Part shown: one piece after another, positions 39,983 through 51,602 of the stretch
How the letters are laid out: every line of letters starts with the position of its first letter
How positions within the stretch are numbered: position 1 is the stretch's first letter
From: Candidatus Poseidoniales archaeon
GTDB lineage: Archaea; Thermoplasmatota; Poseidoniia; Poseidoniales; Poseidoniaceae
DNA: 64,000 nt
Reading direction: 5' to 3'
Assembly (NCBI GenBank): GCA_019651595.1
Contig: BOYQ01000003.1
Coordinates: 222,423-286,422, forward strand
Program-made: the position numbers and the translations under genes
The notes under the pieces: model-generated
What the model saw: the letters and a program-made list of their open reading frames with translations, nothing else
Databases searched by the model: none
Told to the model about the DNA's origin: nothing

Positions 39983-41002
39983 GTGGGTCGAATGCTCCAG
40001 TGGGCGCGTCAGCGCAATCATGTTCTCCCCTTCACCGTCGCCGCAGGCGGTACGTGGATTGCATTGACCATCGCCCCGCAACTGCACTGGTCGATGGCGG
40101 TCGTGGTTTTGTTGGCGACCATCTTCTTGGTCTACCTCGAACTGCTCACACAATGGTCGTTCCGTGCGCCAACCAAACGGAAACCGGCGTTGGAACTCAC
40201 GGGATGGAAACGGCTTGACATCACGGTTGAAGGCTACCGGCTGGCTCATTACCTCAAAGCAGGCGAACCAAACAAACCGGTTGCATGGCTTTGCCACGGA
40301 TGGACATCAGGGGCCATCAGAATGGTGGACAGGGCCAAGCCGTTTGTGGAGCGTGGCTGGAACGTGGTGCTGTGGGATTTGCCAAGTCACGGCGCATCCG
40401 ATCGACTGTCGAAGTGGAGCGCAGAGCAAACAACGACCCTCATGATTCAATCCATGAATTGGCTCGCAAAGGATCGACCAGCATGGTTTGCCAACGGCGT
40501 GTGCTACTACGGCCACAGCATCGGCGGATTCATCGGCCTTCGGACCAGTCGGCGCCGTTCGGAGTTGAACTCCGATGTCAACATCCTCGGCTGGGTGTTT
40601 GAGTCGCCCATGACAGGTTACACGGAAATCCATGCAGAAACCTGTAATCTGCTTCGCATTCCGCACCGATTGCGTCCATGGGTCCTGGCAAAAACGATTC
40701 GTCATTTCAACGCCATCAACAGCGCTGTCGGGGGTGTAACCTCCCTCTCTGATGTTGACATGCCGGCATGGGGGGTCCCTCGCGAATCAACGCTGTTGGT
40801 GCAAGCCTCCCCTGACAATCGTCTTGGGGAGCGGCATCACGAACGGCTCACGCAAATCATGGAAAAGCCCGAGCACGCAGGGTTGCTCACCGCTCATTAT
40901 CTCTCAGATTTGTCCCATTCGGGCTCCCACATGTCTCCATCGAGGGATGCGGTTTTGAGCGCCTGGTTGGACGAGTGTCTGATTCACTCATCTTCCGTTT
41001 GA
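39983..41002 (+). CDS. Membrane-anchored alpha/beta hydrolase
   Basis: LCHGW, WDLPSHGAS, nucleophile GHSIGG, two N-terminal TM segments. Confidence 0.88.
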   Translation: MGRMLQWARQRNHVLPFTVAAGGTWIALTIAPQLHWSMAVVVLLATIFLVYLELLTQWSFRAPTKRKPALELTGWKRLDITVEGYRLAHYLKAGEPNKPVAWLCHGWTSGAIRMVDRAKPFVERGWNVVLWDLPSHGASDRLSKWSAEQTTTLMIQSMNWLAKDRPAWFANGVCYYGHSIGGFIGLRTSRRRSELNSDVNILGWVFESPMTGYTEIHAETCNLLRIPHRLRPWVLAKTIRHFNAINSAVGGVTSLSDVDMPAWGVPRESTLLVQASPDNRLGERHHERLTQIMEKPEHAGLLTAHYLSDLSHSGSHMSPSRDAVLSAWLDECLIHSSSV

Positions 41003-42070
41003 GCTGCTTGCTCCCTTGCCAACTCACGCATGTCCTCGACTTCATCGAGTTCATCCACGATTTCCTTTCCAAGCAAGGTTTCCATGACGTCTTCCATGGT
41101 GAGGATGCCTGAAGTCCCACCGAATTCATCACGGACGAGTGCGAATTGTTGTTTGTTGGTCAAAAACACGTCCAAGGCTTGCTCGATGGTGGCGTCCTGT
41201 TCCAGTTTGAGGATTGGCTTCATGATGTCCTTAAGCGTCAATGTCCATTCGTCTCGGCTGGCTGCCATCAGGATTTCAGAACGTATGACCAAGCCGCGAA
41301 CGTTGTCGATGGTCTCTTCATAAACCGGAATTCGTGAAAATCGAAGGATGGTGTTGTCGTCAAGCACTTCTTTGATGGTCTTCTCCATATCAAAGGCCGA
41401 AACCACGGTCCGAGGCGTCATCTCCTCGTGGACCATCACTTCGCGGAGACCAAGCAAATTGTGAATGATCGTCTCTTCATTTTCCTCAAGCGCACCCTCA
41501 ATTTCCCCCAAGTCCGCCATCGCCGCAACATCGTCACGGTGACCATGGCATTTTTCGAGGTGGGCAGGATGGACTTCAGAATTTGAATCGGGCCGATGAG
41601 GAAGAAAAGTGATTTGGTAAACCAGGTCAACAAATATGCCGTTGGTGTGGACAATCGTTTCCAATACGCCGCACCCAATGTCTTGGGAATGATTTCAGAG
41701 AGAAAGAGCACGGCGAGGGTCAAAATGGCCGAGGCGGCCGTGAGAACTTCAACGCCCCAAATCTGTTGCACTTGCGAGCCAACACCGGCTGCTCCCATGG
41801 TGTGAGCGATGGTGTTCAGCGTCAGAATGGCTGTGAGCGGTCGAACCGAATCGTCATCTTTGAGATGAGCCCACATGTCGGCCGTGCGCTTTCCCTCGTT
41901 TTGGAGAATGTTGACGTAGGTCTGCGGCGTTGACAACACCACTGCTTCCAGATGGAACACATGAACGACACGCCTAAGGCGAGCGTGATGTAGAAAATGA
42001 GGAGACCCATGTCTCCTTCGCCGGTGGCGCTGACAGCAACGGTTGCTGCCGAAAACAAGTCGCTGGTCAT
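40984..42070 (-). CDS. CNNM/DUF21-CBS domain protein (two indels)
   Basis: SFMCS..EAVVLS, ILTLNTIAHTMGA, SEIIPKTLG, MTPRTVV, FSRIPVY, DEFGGTSGILTMED. Confidence 0.9.
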
Positions 42071-42226
42071 GTTGTTTCGGAGACCCCTGCCCTTACGGGC
42101 GTAGTTCTTCCGACGGTCGGAGGGTTCTTCAAAATGACGCATCCGCTCGGCAACACATTGGATAAGTTTTCATCAATGGGTGAACCTCAAGAAGCCACGA
42201 CCGCTGGGTGAGGCAGGAGGGCCGCC

Positions 42227-44476
42227 ATGTCAGGTGAACATGTCTTGATTTGCGTTGCATGGCCGTACGCCAACGGTCCGCTTCATCTGGGCCACGTCGC
42301 TGGCTGTTACCTGCCGCCTGACATTCAATACCGGTTTGAGCGCGCCATGGGAAACCGCGTGCTGATGGTGTCCGGTTCTGACGAGCACGGCACACCGATC
42401 ACGGTAACGGCTGAGTCTCAAGGTGTCTCGCCCCAAGCCATCGTCGACAAGTACCACGACATCAACATGAAGGCGCTCCTGGACCTCGGGTGCAGTTGGT
42501 CCAACAGCATTGATGCTCGCGGGCCAGAATTCGGTGGGGCTCTGTTTAATCGGACCAGCGATGAAAAACACAAGCGCATGGTGCAAGACAATTTCAACGC
42601 CCTTGAAGCTGGAGGCTTTTTTGAACGAAAGACCACCGAACAGTACTACGAAGTTCACGCCGATGGTTCCGGTCGTTTTTTGCCCGACCGCTACGTTGAG
42701 GGGACCTGCCCTGCTTGCGGTGAAGCCGGCGCAAGAGGTGATCAGTGCGATGCCTGCGGTGCCACCTACGAAGCCGTTGAACTCAAGAACCCCGTTTCGA
42801 AGATGAACCCGGACGCCAACGTCGAAATCCGTGAAACCGACCACTTGTTTTACCGCCTTGACCTCTTTCAAGCAGCGCTTGAAACACACGCCCAGCAACA
42901 GCAATCGGTGTGGAAGGCGAACGTCAAGGCGATGACCAAACAGTGGTTGGACATGGGTCTGCGACCAAGGGCGGTGACTCGTGATTTGTCGTGGGGCATA
43001 CCGGTTCCCCTTGATGGTGGAGAGTGGGACGGCAAATGCATTTACGTCTGGTTTGAGGCCGTCCAAGGTTACTCGACGTGCGCGAGAATATGGTCGCAAA
43101 ACCACGCATCGGAACTGCCGGACGGTGAAGCGACATGGAAACGTTGGTGGTGCGTCGACGAAAACGGAACGCATCCGAGGCACCTCTATTTCCTCGGGAA
43201 AGACAACATTCCGTTTCACACGGTGATCTGGCCGGCCCTCATCTTGGGAATGAATCACGTGAACAACGGATTGACCGCCGACGATCCTGTTGCGCTTCCC
43301 GGTCCGGGAGACTTCGCTTTGGAACACAACGTCCCTGCCATGGAATACTTGATGCTGGCGGGCGGCCAATTTTCCAAATCAAGGAAACATGCTGTATGGC
43401 TTCCCTCGTTTTTGGAAAGGTACGACCCCGACACACTTCGATATTACCTCAGCATCAACATGCCGGAAAACCATGACACGGACTTCAATTGGCCTGATTT
43501 CGTTGAACGAGTCAACAGCGAACTTATTGCTGCGTACGGAAATTTTGTCCATCGTGTTCTCACGTTGGGAGCGCGATTGCCCCGAGAAGGCGGGGCGTCT
43601 CCCTTTGCAGCCTACGACGGTCATGCGAGCGTCCGCGAACATCAGCGGCGCCTCGAGCAAGCGCTTGAGGACATCACAACCTCCCTCCAGCGCCACCGCT
43701 ACAAGGAAGCTCTCCGAGGCGTCATGACCGTGGCCCAGTTCGGCAATCAAATTCTCCAGGGGGCAGCCCCTTGGAAACACCTGAAAGAACAAGGCGAAGG
43801 TTCTGAGGAAAGTTTGGCCACCCTCGCGTTCTGTTGGCGGATTGCTCGGTTCCTTGCCATCACCACCCAGCCGTTCTTGCCCGGTAGTGCGCAGCGTTTG
43901 TGGATCTCCTTGGGCTACGGAGATGAAGTGTCCGACAGGTTGTGGCACGAGGCCGTTGATTGGGAGGCACCCTCTGCATGGCTTGACGAACCACCTCAAC
44001 CGCTGTTCCAACGCTTGGACCTGGACGCTATTTTGGAGGCTGAACAGAGCCTCGTTGAAGAAGGCCCCGAGGACGATGCTGTTCACGGCGTGAAAGGTGG
44101 AAAGAAGAAAGGAGGAAAAAAGATGGAAAACGAAATTGAAGGCGTGACGTACTTGGAATTTGACACGTTCATGAAAGTGAACCTTCGCGTGGGCCGAATC
44201 ATCAGCGTTGATGATCATCCCAATGCCGACAAACTGTACGTCGTGAAACTTGACGACGGGACCGGCGTTGAACGAACCATCTGTGCAGGACTCAAAGCGT
44301 TCTATCAACCGGATGAAATGGAGGGGAAACTCGTCGTGTTTGTTGAAAACCTCAAACCCCGGCCTCTGCGAGGCGTGACGTCAGAAGGGATGATGCTCGC
44401 CGCTGACGACGGCGAAGGTCATGTTCGATTGATCACGGTTGATGGCGACATCAGTACGGGAAGCCAGGTTCGGTGA
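42227..44476 (+). CDS. metG: Methionine--tRNA ligase with C-terminal tRNA-binding domain
   Basis: PYANGPLHLGH, SDEHG, CPAC..QCDAC, GKDNIPFH, FSKSR, HPNADKL..SEGM. Confidence 0.97.
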   Translation: MSGEHVLICVAWPYANGPLHLGHVAGCYLPPDIQYRFERAMGNRVLMVSGSDEHGTPITVTAESQGVSPQAIVDKYHDINMKALLDLGCSWSNSIDARGPEFGGALFNRTSDEKHKRMVQDNFNALEAGGFFERKTTEQYYEVHADGSGRFLPDRYVEGTCPACGEAGARGDQCDACGATYEAVELKNPVSKMNPDANVEIRETDHLFYRLDLFQAALETHAQQQQSVWKANVKAMTKQWLDMGLRPRAVTRDLSWGIPVPLDGGEWDGKCIYVWFEAVQGYSTCARIWSQNHASELPDGEATWKRWWCVDENGTHPRHLYFLGKDNIPFHTVIWPALILGMNHVNNGLTADDPVALPGPGDFALEHNVPAMEYLMLAGGQFSKSRKHAVWLPSFLERYDPDTLRYYLSINMPENHDTDFNWPDFVERVNSELIAAYGNFVHRVLTLGARLPREGGASPFAAYDGHASVREHQRRLEQALEDITTSLQRHRYKEALRGVMTVAQFGNQILQGAAPWKHLKEQGEGSEESLATLAFCWRIARFLAITTQPFLPGSAQRLWISLGYGDEVSDRLWHEAVDWEAPSAWLDEPPQPLFQRLDLDAILEAEQSLVEEGPEDDAVHGVKGGKKKGGKKMENEIEGVTYLEFDTFMKVNLRVGRIISVDDHPNADKLYVVKLDDGTGVERTICAGLKAFYQPDEMEGKLVVFVENLKPRPLRGVTSEGMMLAADDGEGHVRLITVDGDISTGSQVR

Positions 44477-45106
44477 TCAACCGTTCATGCGGGCTCGAAC
44501 CTCATCCATAACTGCTCTTGACGCAATTCTGGTGCGCTCACCGACGATTTGGCTTTGCGTCTTGAGCGAGGCGGCCATGTCATCCGGCAACCCATCCAGA
44601 TTGATGTCGACGTTGAACAACGCGCCCTTTGCTGCAGCACTCGCCAACAATCCAGCAACGCCCACGTCGGTCACTGCGTTGGCATTTCCGTCGCGAGCGA
44701 GTTGGGGAAGCGCCTCCAGCAATCCCAGTGCCAACTGTGCGGTCTCGAACGGGACCTCCGCTGCGGTTAACGTCGCCGTTCGAATTGCCTCCCTGCGCAC
44801 GTCCTTCTCTTCATCGCTGATTTTTGGCATGGCGTAGCCTTCCATCACTCGGTCGAAGGCGTCGCTGTCTTCGGCGGCTAATTCCATGGCACGATTCATC
44901 ATGGGTGCCGCCATGTCGTGAACGTCCTGTGCGATGGCCCATCCGGCCTCCCACTTTTCCTTTCCAAGCGTTAAATCACACACCATGGACGCTAAGGCTG
45001 CCGCTTGGCCAAGCGCCACTGCGGCCGCTGTACCACCTCCCGGCGTGGGTGCTGATGATGCAAGTGCGGCTTGAAATTCATTCAGCGTCATCCTCGACCA
45101 ATTCAT
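44477..45106 (-). CDS. Formiminotetrahydrofolate cyclodeaminase
   Basis: LASSAPTPGGG, DSDAF, AAEVP, GNANAVTD, NVDINL. Confidence 0.9.
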   Translation of the reverse strand: MNWSRMTLNEFQAALASSAPTPGGGTAAAVALGQAAALASMVCDLTLGKEKWEAGWAIAQDVHDMAAPMMNRAMELAAEDSDAFDRVMEGYAMPKISDEEKDVRREAIRTATLTAAEVPFETAQLALGLLEALPQLARDGNANAVTDVGVAGLLASAAAKGALFNVDINLDGLPDDMAASLKTQSQIVGERTRIASRAVMDEVRARMNG

Positions 45107-46150
45107 TGAATCACCTCTCGGTCAAGCGCCCATTCGATGATGTGCTCATCGGGAACGAATCGGTGGTGTTGGTTCAGTCCCAACCCTTTGACAGCGGCCG
45201 CAACCTTCGCCCGCTCATCTTCCGCTTCAGGATTGAAAAATTCACCTGCAGAAATCATGGCTTGAAGGGGAACAAGGCCGACAATTTCACTTCCGCAAAG
45301 CGACGTTTCATGGTCATTGGCCAAACTCTCACACGTCTTAAACGCCAAATGGAGGGGGCAGTCCTTGACGTTCAAGAGGTTCATCGAGACCTGCGAGATG
45401 CCCAGTTCTTCAACCGGTACACCCATGCCTTGAACACCTTTCAACATACCATGACTCCTGATCTTACCGCCTTGTTCAGATTTCAGCATGCGGCCGCTGG
45501 TTCTGACGATGGAACCAATTTTCCGTGCAACTCTCGCATCTTTTTCATCAACGTTGACGTTGTACGCCACTAGAATGGGCCTCGCACCAACGGTGATGCC
45601 ACCGGAGCGTGCGACGGTTTCCGTCCATGCCATCGCCCCTGCATCTGGCAATCGTGTATCGTCATCGTGGACGGTATCCGTGCCCTTGAGTCGTGCCTCA
45701 AGCCCCTCGTATTCGCCCTTCCGGAGTCGAGAAAGCACGGTTCGTTCATCGCACGACGCTGCAGCACCGTACAGGAAACAAGGGTATGTCCCCTCGCTCG
45801 GCCAAGCGGGCGACAACCGTTCTGGCCATGTCCGCGCACGCTTCCATGGATACGTCCCGTAGCGGTATGAACGGGCAGACATCGACCACACCCAATCGAG
45901 GGTGTTCACCGCTGTGTTGACGCATGTCCAACATGGCCACACTGGCTTCAATCAGTGCAATGGCTCCTTCAACCACCGACTCAGGCGGTCCTGCAAACGT
46001 GATGACGGTTCGGTGGTAGTCTGCGTCCGGTTCGACACCCAACACCGTGCACCCATCGGTCGACCGAACCGCATCCACAATGGCTTCAATCGTCGCCAAA
46101 TCGCGACCTTCGGAGATGTTGGGCACGCACTCAACCAACGGCGAAGTCAT
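45103..46150 (-). CDS. ftcd: Glutamate formiminotransferase (indel ~45780)
   Basis: LVECVPNISEGR, HSGEHPRLGVVDVCPF, RKGEYEG, GARPILVAYNVN, QVSMNL, GSEIVGLVP. Confidence 0.92.
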
Positions 46151-46194
46151 GGACGCATCCTGCGCCTCGGGTCCTTGAATGTTCGGCGCTTTGC

Positions 46195-47339
46195 TCAAGA
46201 ATAGAGGGCTTCGGGCGACGTGGAAGAGGTGCCCTGCGAGCGTTTCTTGTCAAGCCTTGTTATGGCGTCCATCATGTCTTTTTGCAAAACGGCAGACCGC
46301 CCGTCGCGAATGGCGATCATCCCTGCTTCAACGCACGTGGCTTTGAGTTCAGCTCCAGAATAGCCTTTGGTTCGCTCCACAATTCGACCGACCGCCACTT
46401 TCTTGGTGTTCATCGATGCAGGTGCACCTTGAGGATGGCTTTTCTGGAATCATCATCGGGGATTGGGATTTCAATAACCCGGTCAAATCCCGGGTCGGGG
46501 GCGTCACCCAAGATGCCCGGTCGGGGGGTTGCAGCGATGTTTTGGGCTCGTGAAAAGGGCAAATCCACCCAGTTCAGCCAACAACTGCATGAGGTCCCTA
46601 ACCCCGGTCGCCGCTGGTTGACCCGTGATTTTGCGCCGATGGCGTCAACACCCGGAAAATACGCTGGTCCTTTTTTTGGCGGGGGAAAACAATTCACGAC
46701 CATACGACCCCCCTCCCCAATGTTTTTTGGGCCAGTTCACTGCCCACCTTTGAATGAACGTCGCATTGGTCTGATTCCCACCGCTTTCGCCAGAAGGGTC
46801 TTCCCGCAGCCGGGGGCCCCCAAACCCAAAATACCCCCGGGCTCAACCCCAACCTTCTCGAACAGCTCGGGTTTGATCGGGGGAGTTCAAGGTTTGGGGA
46901 ACGGATTGACTTGTTTCCAATCCGGCGACGTCCTCGTAGCTGATGGTTGGTTTCTCCACCATTTCGGGGCCACGACCTGGGATGGGCCTGGGCAATTGCC
47001 CCCGAGAGGCTGTCTTGATTGAGGGCGGGCGCACGCCGGGCGGTTTTCGGATCAACCCTGATTGGGATACCGAAACAAATCCCGTTGGATAACGCACGAT
47101 GGCCCTCATGGTCCCAAAAAATCCCGAATTGCCCAACGATGAGCGGGGCATCGGGGAAGATTTACGTTTTTCCCCCGCTCAATTGTTTTTTTTAACGTCC
47201 CATCTCTGCCTCGAGCGTGGTTCGCTCGTTGATGGTTTTTAGTCTCATCCGCGGGGGTGCATAGTCTTCTTGAGGCTGCGAAGGTCGTCCTCTGACGAGT
47301 TGGGCAGCGTGCCTCGTTTCGGGCAACGTCCGTACCCAT
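46195..47339 (-). CDS. pan: Proteasome-activating nucleotidase (heavily garbled)
   Basis: EKPTISYEDVAGLE, FDRVIEIPIPD, GYSGAELKATCVEAGMIAIR, C-terminal HbYX (LYS). Confidence 0.88.
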
Positions 47340-47444
47340 GTTCCTCGTGGTTCCTCGCGGCGACGATTTAAAAAAATGTTGCATTGAAACTCAGTACATC
47401 CCCTTGTCAAAGGGTTAAAAGAGCGTAACAAAGAGGTAGGGACG

Positions 47445-47921
47445 ATGGGCGAATGTGAACTCTGTGGCGCCGTCAAGGTCGGCGTCAAGCGTGTACGCAC
47501 GGGGAAAACCGAGGTTGCCGCTTGCGCGGTGCATTGCCCAAAATGAACCTCGCCCCCAAAACGGAGGCCCCCGGGATTCAACGAGCCGGTCGTTCGCATC
47601 TTCACCGTCTCCAAAGAAAGAAGAACGACATTATGTCAAGGTCCTCCAAAGAACTGGCAGACGACTTTCACAAGCGAATAGCCCAAGCCCGAGGGCTCGG
47701 AAATTTGGGAGCCAACAGCAACTGGCAAAGAAAATGGCGGAAACGGTCAACATCATCAAGTCGGCTGAATCGGGAAAGGGGCCCCACGGAAAATGTTATT
47801 CGAAAGTTCGGGTTCTTTCGATTGATTTGATGGTCGAGCGTCGGCCAACGAAAACCGTCATATCAACGCTGGACCCTCTCGAGGCATGACGTTCGGAGAC
47901 TACCTCAACGATTTGAGGTGA
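47445..47921 (+). CDS. mbf1: Archaeal multiprotein bridging factor aMBF1 (garbled)
   Basis: MGECELCG Zn ribbon, ELADDF..I..AR, QQLAKKMAE..IIK.AESG HTH, C-term MTFGDY; divergent from pan. Confidence 0.8.
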
Positions 47922-47925
47922 ACAT

Positions 47926-48483
47926 GTGGATTCCATTCCAGTCCATGCGTTGTGGTTGGCCCAGGACGACCCCAAGAAAAACACCGCAGTCCTCGCCTCA
48001 AAGCGAGGGGACTTGACGCTCCACAAGAATGTCCGATCGCTTCCTAAGCGCGGCGTGATTCTCGAACCGCTTTGTGGAAAGGTGTTTGGCCCTGAAGACC
48101 ACGAATTGCTTACGCAGCGAAGGGGTGCTCTGGTCGGTCTTGATTGCAGTTGGGCTCACATTGAGACCTCGGTCGAATCGGTCATGAAACGGACACGCCT
48201 GCAACCCCGCATGCTTCCACTCCTCCTGGCGGCCAATCCCGTCAATTGGGGAAAACCCGGGCGCCTCACGACGGCCGAAGCGCTGGCGACCGTGCTCTAT
48301 TTGGTTGGACGGCGGGACCAGGCGGCTGACGTGCTGGGTGCGTTTCGATGGGGTGGGCGGTTTTTTGAACTGAACCAAGAGCCGTTGGACGCTTATGCAA
48401 GTGCCAGATCCAGCCAGCAGTTGGTTGATCTTCAGTTTGATTTTTTTGACATTGAACGGCCCCCGGAGGGCGATGAATCATGA
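47926..48483 (+). CDS. tsr3: 16S rRNA aminocarboxypropyltransferase (DUF367)
   Basis: DDPKKNT, LDCSW, RMLPLLLAANPVNWGKP..LTTAEALA, FRWG. Confidence 0.92.
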   Translation: MDSIPVHALWLAQDDPKKNTAVLASKRGDLTLHKNVRSLPKRGVILEPLCGKVFGPEDHELLTQRRGALVGLDCSWAHIETSVESVMKRTRLQPRMLPLLLAANPVNWGKPGRLTTAEALATVLYLVGRRDQAADVLGAFRWGGRFFELNQEPLDAYASARSSQQLVDLQFDFFDIERPPEGDES

Positions 48484-49268
48484 AAGATGTCCGTCACATC
48501 GCTGTTCAGAAATTTGTCGACGGTCATGCGTCGTTGCACGAGGAAGCGGTGGCGGTTGAAACACTGATTCATCTTCGATACAATGGAACGACACTGGTCA
48601 GCCTCCTCGGTTCGCCTGAACACGCAGACGAACTCGGCGTCGGCCATTTACTCACCGAATACAACGTGCCGCGAGCGGCTATTTCGGATGTATCGTTCAC
48701 GGATATTGAGGGGGCTGTGGTCGTCGAAGTCACCGGCGAGGACATCGAACTGCGTTCACCGCGCACCGACATCGTGACAACATCATGCGGTGCATGCGAC
48801 CAGGACGACCTTCACGAACTCACCCAACGTTTGTCCAGCGTGTCTCCACCCGAGCATTTGCTGGCCATTCAAGACATCACCGGAGCACTGAAACAATTGA
48901 GGCAGCATCAACAGGGCTTCCAAGCCACCGGCGGCATGCATGCGGCTGCCCTGCTGGAACTCACGGAAAACGAATACATCGTTCGCGAGGACATCGGAAG
49001 GCACAACGCTGTCGACAAAGTCTACGGCGCTTGGTACTCGTCTCGAAATCATCGTCCCGTTGCCCTCCTCCTGTCAGGACGATGCGGTTGGGACATCGTC
49101 GCCAAAGCAGCGTCCATGAACACGCCAGTGGTGGCCTCGTTTGGAGCGGCTTCCAGTCTTGCCATCGACACGGCCCGAGCCTCAGGCATCACCCTCGTTT
49201 CGTTTGTGAAAGACGACAAGGCCATCGTAATTGGTCCCGTTGAGGGTCGATTTCATCGCAAGCATTGA
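48480..49268 (+). CDS. fdhD: Formate dehydrogenase accessory sulfurtransferase
   Basis: VAVE, SCGAC, TGGMHAAA, REDIGRHNAVDKV, LSGR. Confidence 0.93.
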   Translation: MKDVRHIAVQKFVDGHASLHEEAVAVETLIHLRYNGTTLVSLLGSPEHADELGVGHLLTEYNVPRAAISDVSFTDIEGAVVVEVTGEDIELRSPRTDIVTTSCGACDQDDLHELTQRLSSVSPPEHLLAIQDITGALKQLRQHQQGFQATGGMHAAALLELTENEYIVREDIGRHNAVDKVYGAWYSSRNHRPVALLLSGRCGWDIVAKAASMNTPVVASFGAASSLAIDTARASGITLVSFVKDDKAIVIGPVEGRFHRKH

Positions 49269-49307
49269 GAAGGGCAGGACCGCACGTCCTTACGGGGGGG
49301 TTGGGAC

Positions 49308-51602
49308 ATGCGCAAGCCATCACGAGCACGAACCCCTGATGATACCCAGCCATTGAAGCTCAAGAAGCCCAAAACCAAGGCCGCCGGAATTCCCGCCGTT
49401 ACCTCTTCAGCCCTTCATGGATTGAAAAAGATGGGTGCCCTGAAAACCGTGAAGACCCTGAGCATGGTCAATCAAACCGAGGGGTTTGACTGTCCGGGGT
49501 GCGCCTGGCCCGACCCGGAGCACCGCACGACGTTCGAATTTTGTGAAAACGGTGCGAAAGCCGTAGCCGACGAAGCCATGAAGGCGAACGTCACGCCGCA
49601 GTTCTTTGCAGAGAACAGCGTGCAAGAACTGTCGGAAATGAGTGATTACGAACTCAACATGCAAGGGCGCTTGGCGTCTCCCGTGGTGTTGAGGGAAGGC
49701 GAATCTCACTACGCTCCAATCACGTGGGAGGATGCCTTTGCCATGATTGCGGATGCGCTTAACGCAACATCCACGCCCGACCGGTCTGTCTTCTACACCT
49801 CCGGACGCACCAGCAATGAAGCGGCGTTCCTCTACCAGGCCTTTGTTCGCGCCTACGGTACCAACAACCTCCCTGATTGTTCGAACATGTGCCATGAGTC
49901 AAGCGGAAAAGGCTTGGTTCAGACGGTTGGTATAGGAAAGGGAACGGTCAACCTCCAAGATTTTGACAAGGCCGAAGTCATCTTGGTGATTGGACAAAAT
50001 CCAGGGACCAACCACCCGCGCATGCTGACGGCCCTTCGCGATGCCAAAGATGCCGGCGCCACCATCGTTCACGTTAATCCGCTCTCAGAAGCGGGCCTGA
50101 CTCGGTTCAAGCACCCGCAGGAGTACATGAAGGGCCGACTTCGGTCAACCACGCTCGCCGACCATCACCTTCAGGTCCGAATCGGTGGTGATGCTGCTTT
50201 GCTGAAAGGACTGATCAAATGTCAACTTGAAGCGGGGGCCGTTGATGCCAATTTCGTTGAACAGAAGACCGTTGACTTTGAGGCGATGGCCGAATCAGCT
50301 CGGTCCACACCGTGGGAAAAAATCGTTCAGGATTCGGGGATTTCCAAGTCTGACATTCTAGAAGTGGGTGCCCTCCTTGCGACCTCGAAGGCCACCATCG
50401 CTTGCTGGGCCATGGGCTTGACACAGCACAGGAACGGCGTCGCCGTCATCCAGGAAGTCGTCAATTTGTTGCTGATGAACGGTCACATCGGCCGACCCGG
50501 TGCCGGACTCTGCCCCGTACGTGGCCACTCCAACGTCCAAGGCGATCGGACCGTCGGTATTTGGGAGGCGCCACCGCAGGCCTTTTTGGAGAAAATGGAA
50601 GAGGGACTTGGTTTCTCCCTGCCCAAAGAACACGGATACGATGTTGTTCGGACCATCCAAGCAATGCTGGACGGGCTGGTGGATGTGTTTGTCTGCATGG
50701 GTGGGAATTTCTTATCGGCGACGCCTGACACGGACCTCACGGCCAACGCCATCCGAAAGGTCGGGTTAACCGTTCAAATCTCCACGAAGCTCAATCGTTC
50801 CCATCTTGTCACGGGTCAAACGGCCCTGATTCTCCCCTGCCTCGGGCGAACTGAACTCGACGTTCAAGCCTCGGGTGAACAATTCGTCACCGTCGAAAAT
50901 TCGATGGGTGTTGTCCATCGTTCCTTGGGTGGTTTGACTCCCGCCTCGGACGACTTACGCAGCGAGTCTTGGATCGTTGCACAACTGGCCAATCAAACGC
51001 TTGGCAACCAACACCTCGACTGGTGCGGTTTGGTCGAAGATTACGATCGAATCCGAGACCTCATGGAAGCGTCGCTCCACGGGTTTGAAGATTACAACCT
51101 CCGCGTCAGAGGTGAATTTGGATTTTCACTACCCAACCCTCCTCGGGATCGCCAGGCGTTTGACACCCCCACCGGGCGGGCGCACTTCACCGTCCACCCG
51201 TTGCCGGATGTTGAAATTCCAGACGACCATTTCGTGTTGATGACGCTCCGCAGTCACGATCAATACAACACCACCATCTACGGCCTCCACGACCGATACC
51301 GTGGCGTTCACGGACACCGCCGTGTCGTGTTCATGAACGCTGAGGACATGGTTGAGCGCGGTTGGAAAACGCGGCAGAGCGTCAACATCACCAGTCATTT
51401 CAACGGAGAAGAACGGACAGCAAAGGACTGGTTGTTGGTGCCTTACGAGATCCCCAGGGGAAACTTAGCAGCGTATTTCCCAGAGGCAAACTGCTTGGTG
51501 CCGCTTCACTCAACGGCTGACGTATCAAACACACCCACGTCCAAATGGATTGTCTGCACCCTTGAGGCGTCCGGTGAATCCGTGTCGGGTGAGGAAGAAT
51601 GA
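49308..51602 (+). CDS. FdhF/YdeP family molybdopterin oxidoreductase
   Basis: GFDCPGCAWPD, EFCENGAK, YTSGRTSNE, LPDCSNMCHESSG, RGHSNVQG, RSHDQYNTTIY. Confidence 0.93.
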   Translation: MRKPSRARTPDDTQPLKLKKPKTKAAGIPAVTSSALHGLKKMGALKTVKTLSMVNQTEGFDCPGCAWPDPEHRTTFEFCENGAKAVADEAMKANVTPQFFAENSVQELSEMSDYELNMQGRLASPVVLREGESHYAPITWEDAFAMIADALNATSTPDRSVFYTSGRTSNEAAFLYQAFVRAYGTNNLPDCSNMCHESSGKGLVQTVGIGKGTVNLQDFDKAEVILVIGQNPGTNHPRMLTALRDAKDAGATIVHVNPLSEAGLTRFKHPQEYMKGRLRSTTLADHHLQVRIGGDAALLKGLIKCQLEAGAVDANFVEQKTVDFEAMAESARSTPWEKIVQDSGISKSDILEVGALLATSKATIACWAMGLTQHRNGVAVIQEVVNLLLMNGHIGRPGAGLCPVRGHSNVQGDRTVGIWEAPPQAFLEKMEEGLGFSLPKEHGYDVVRTIQAMLDGLVDVFVCMGGNFLSATPDTDLTANAIRKVGLTVQISTKLNRSHLVTGQTALILPCLGRTELDVQASGEQFVTVENSMGVVHRSLGGLTPASDDLRSESWIVAQLANQTLGNQHLDWCGLVEDYDRIRDLMEASLHGFEDYNLRVRGEFGFSLPNPPRDRQAFDTPTGRAHFTVHPLPDVEIPDDHFVLMTLRSHDQYNTTIYGLHDRYRGVHGHRRVVFMNAEDMVERGWKTRQSVNITSHFNGEERTAKDWLLVPYEIPRGNLAAYFPEANCLVPLHSTADVSNTPTSKWIVCTLEASGESVSGEEE

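Noticed and set aside
49308-51602. Selenocysteine formate dehydrogenase
   Set aside because: ORF is uninterrupted, with Cys in CSNMCHE; no in-frame TGA.
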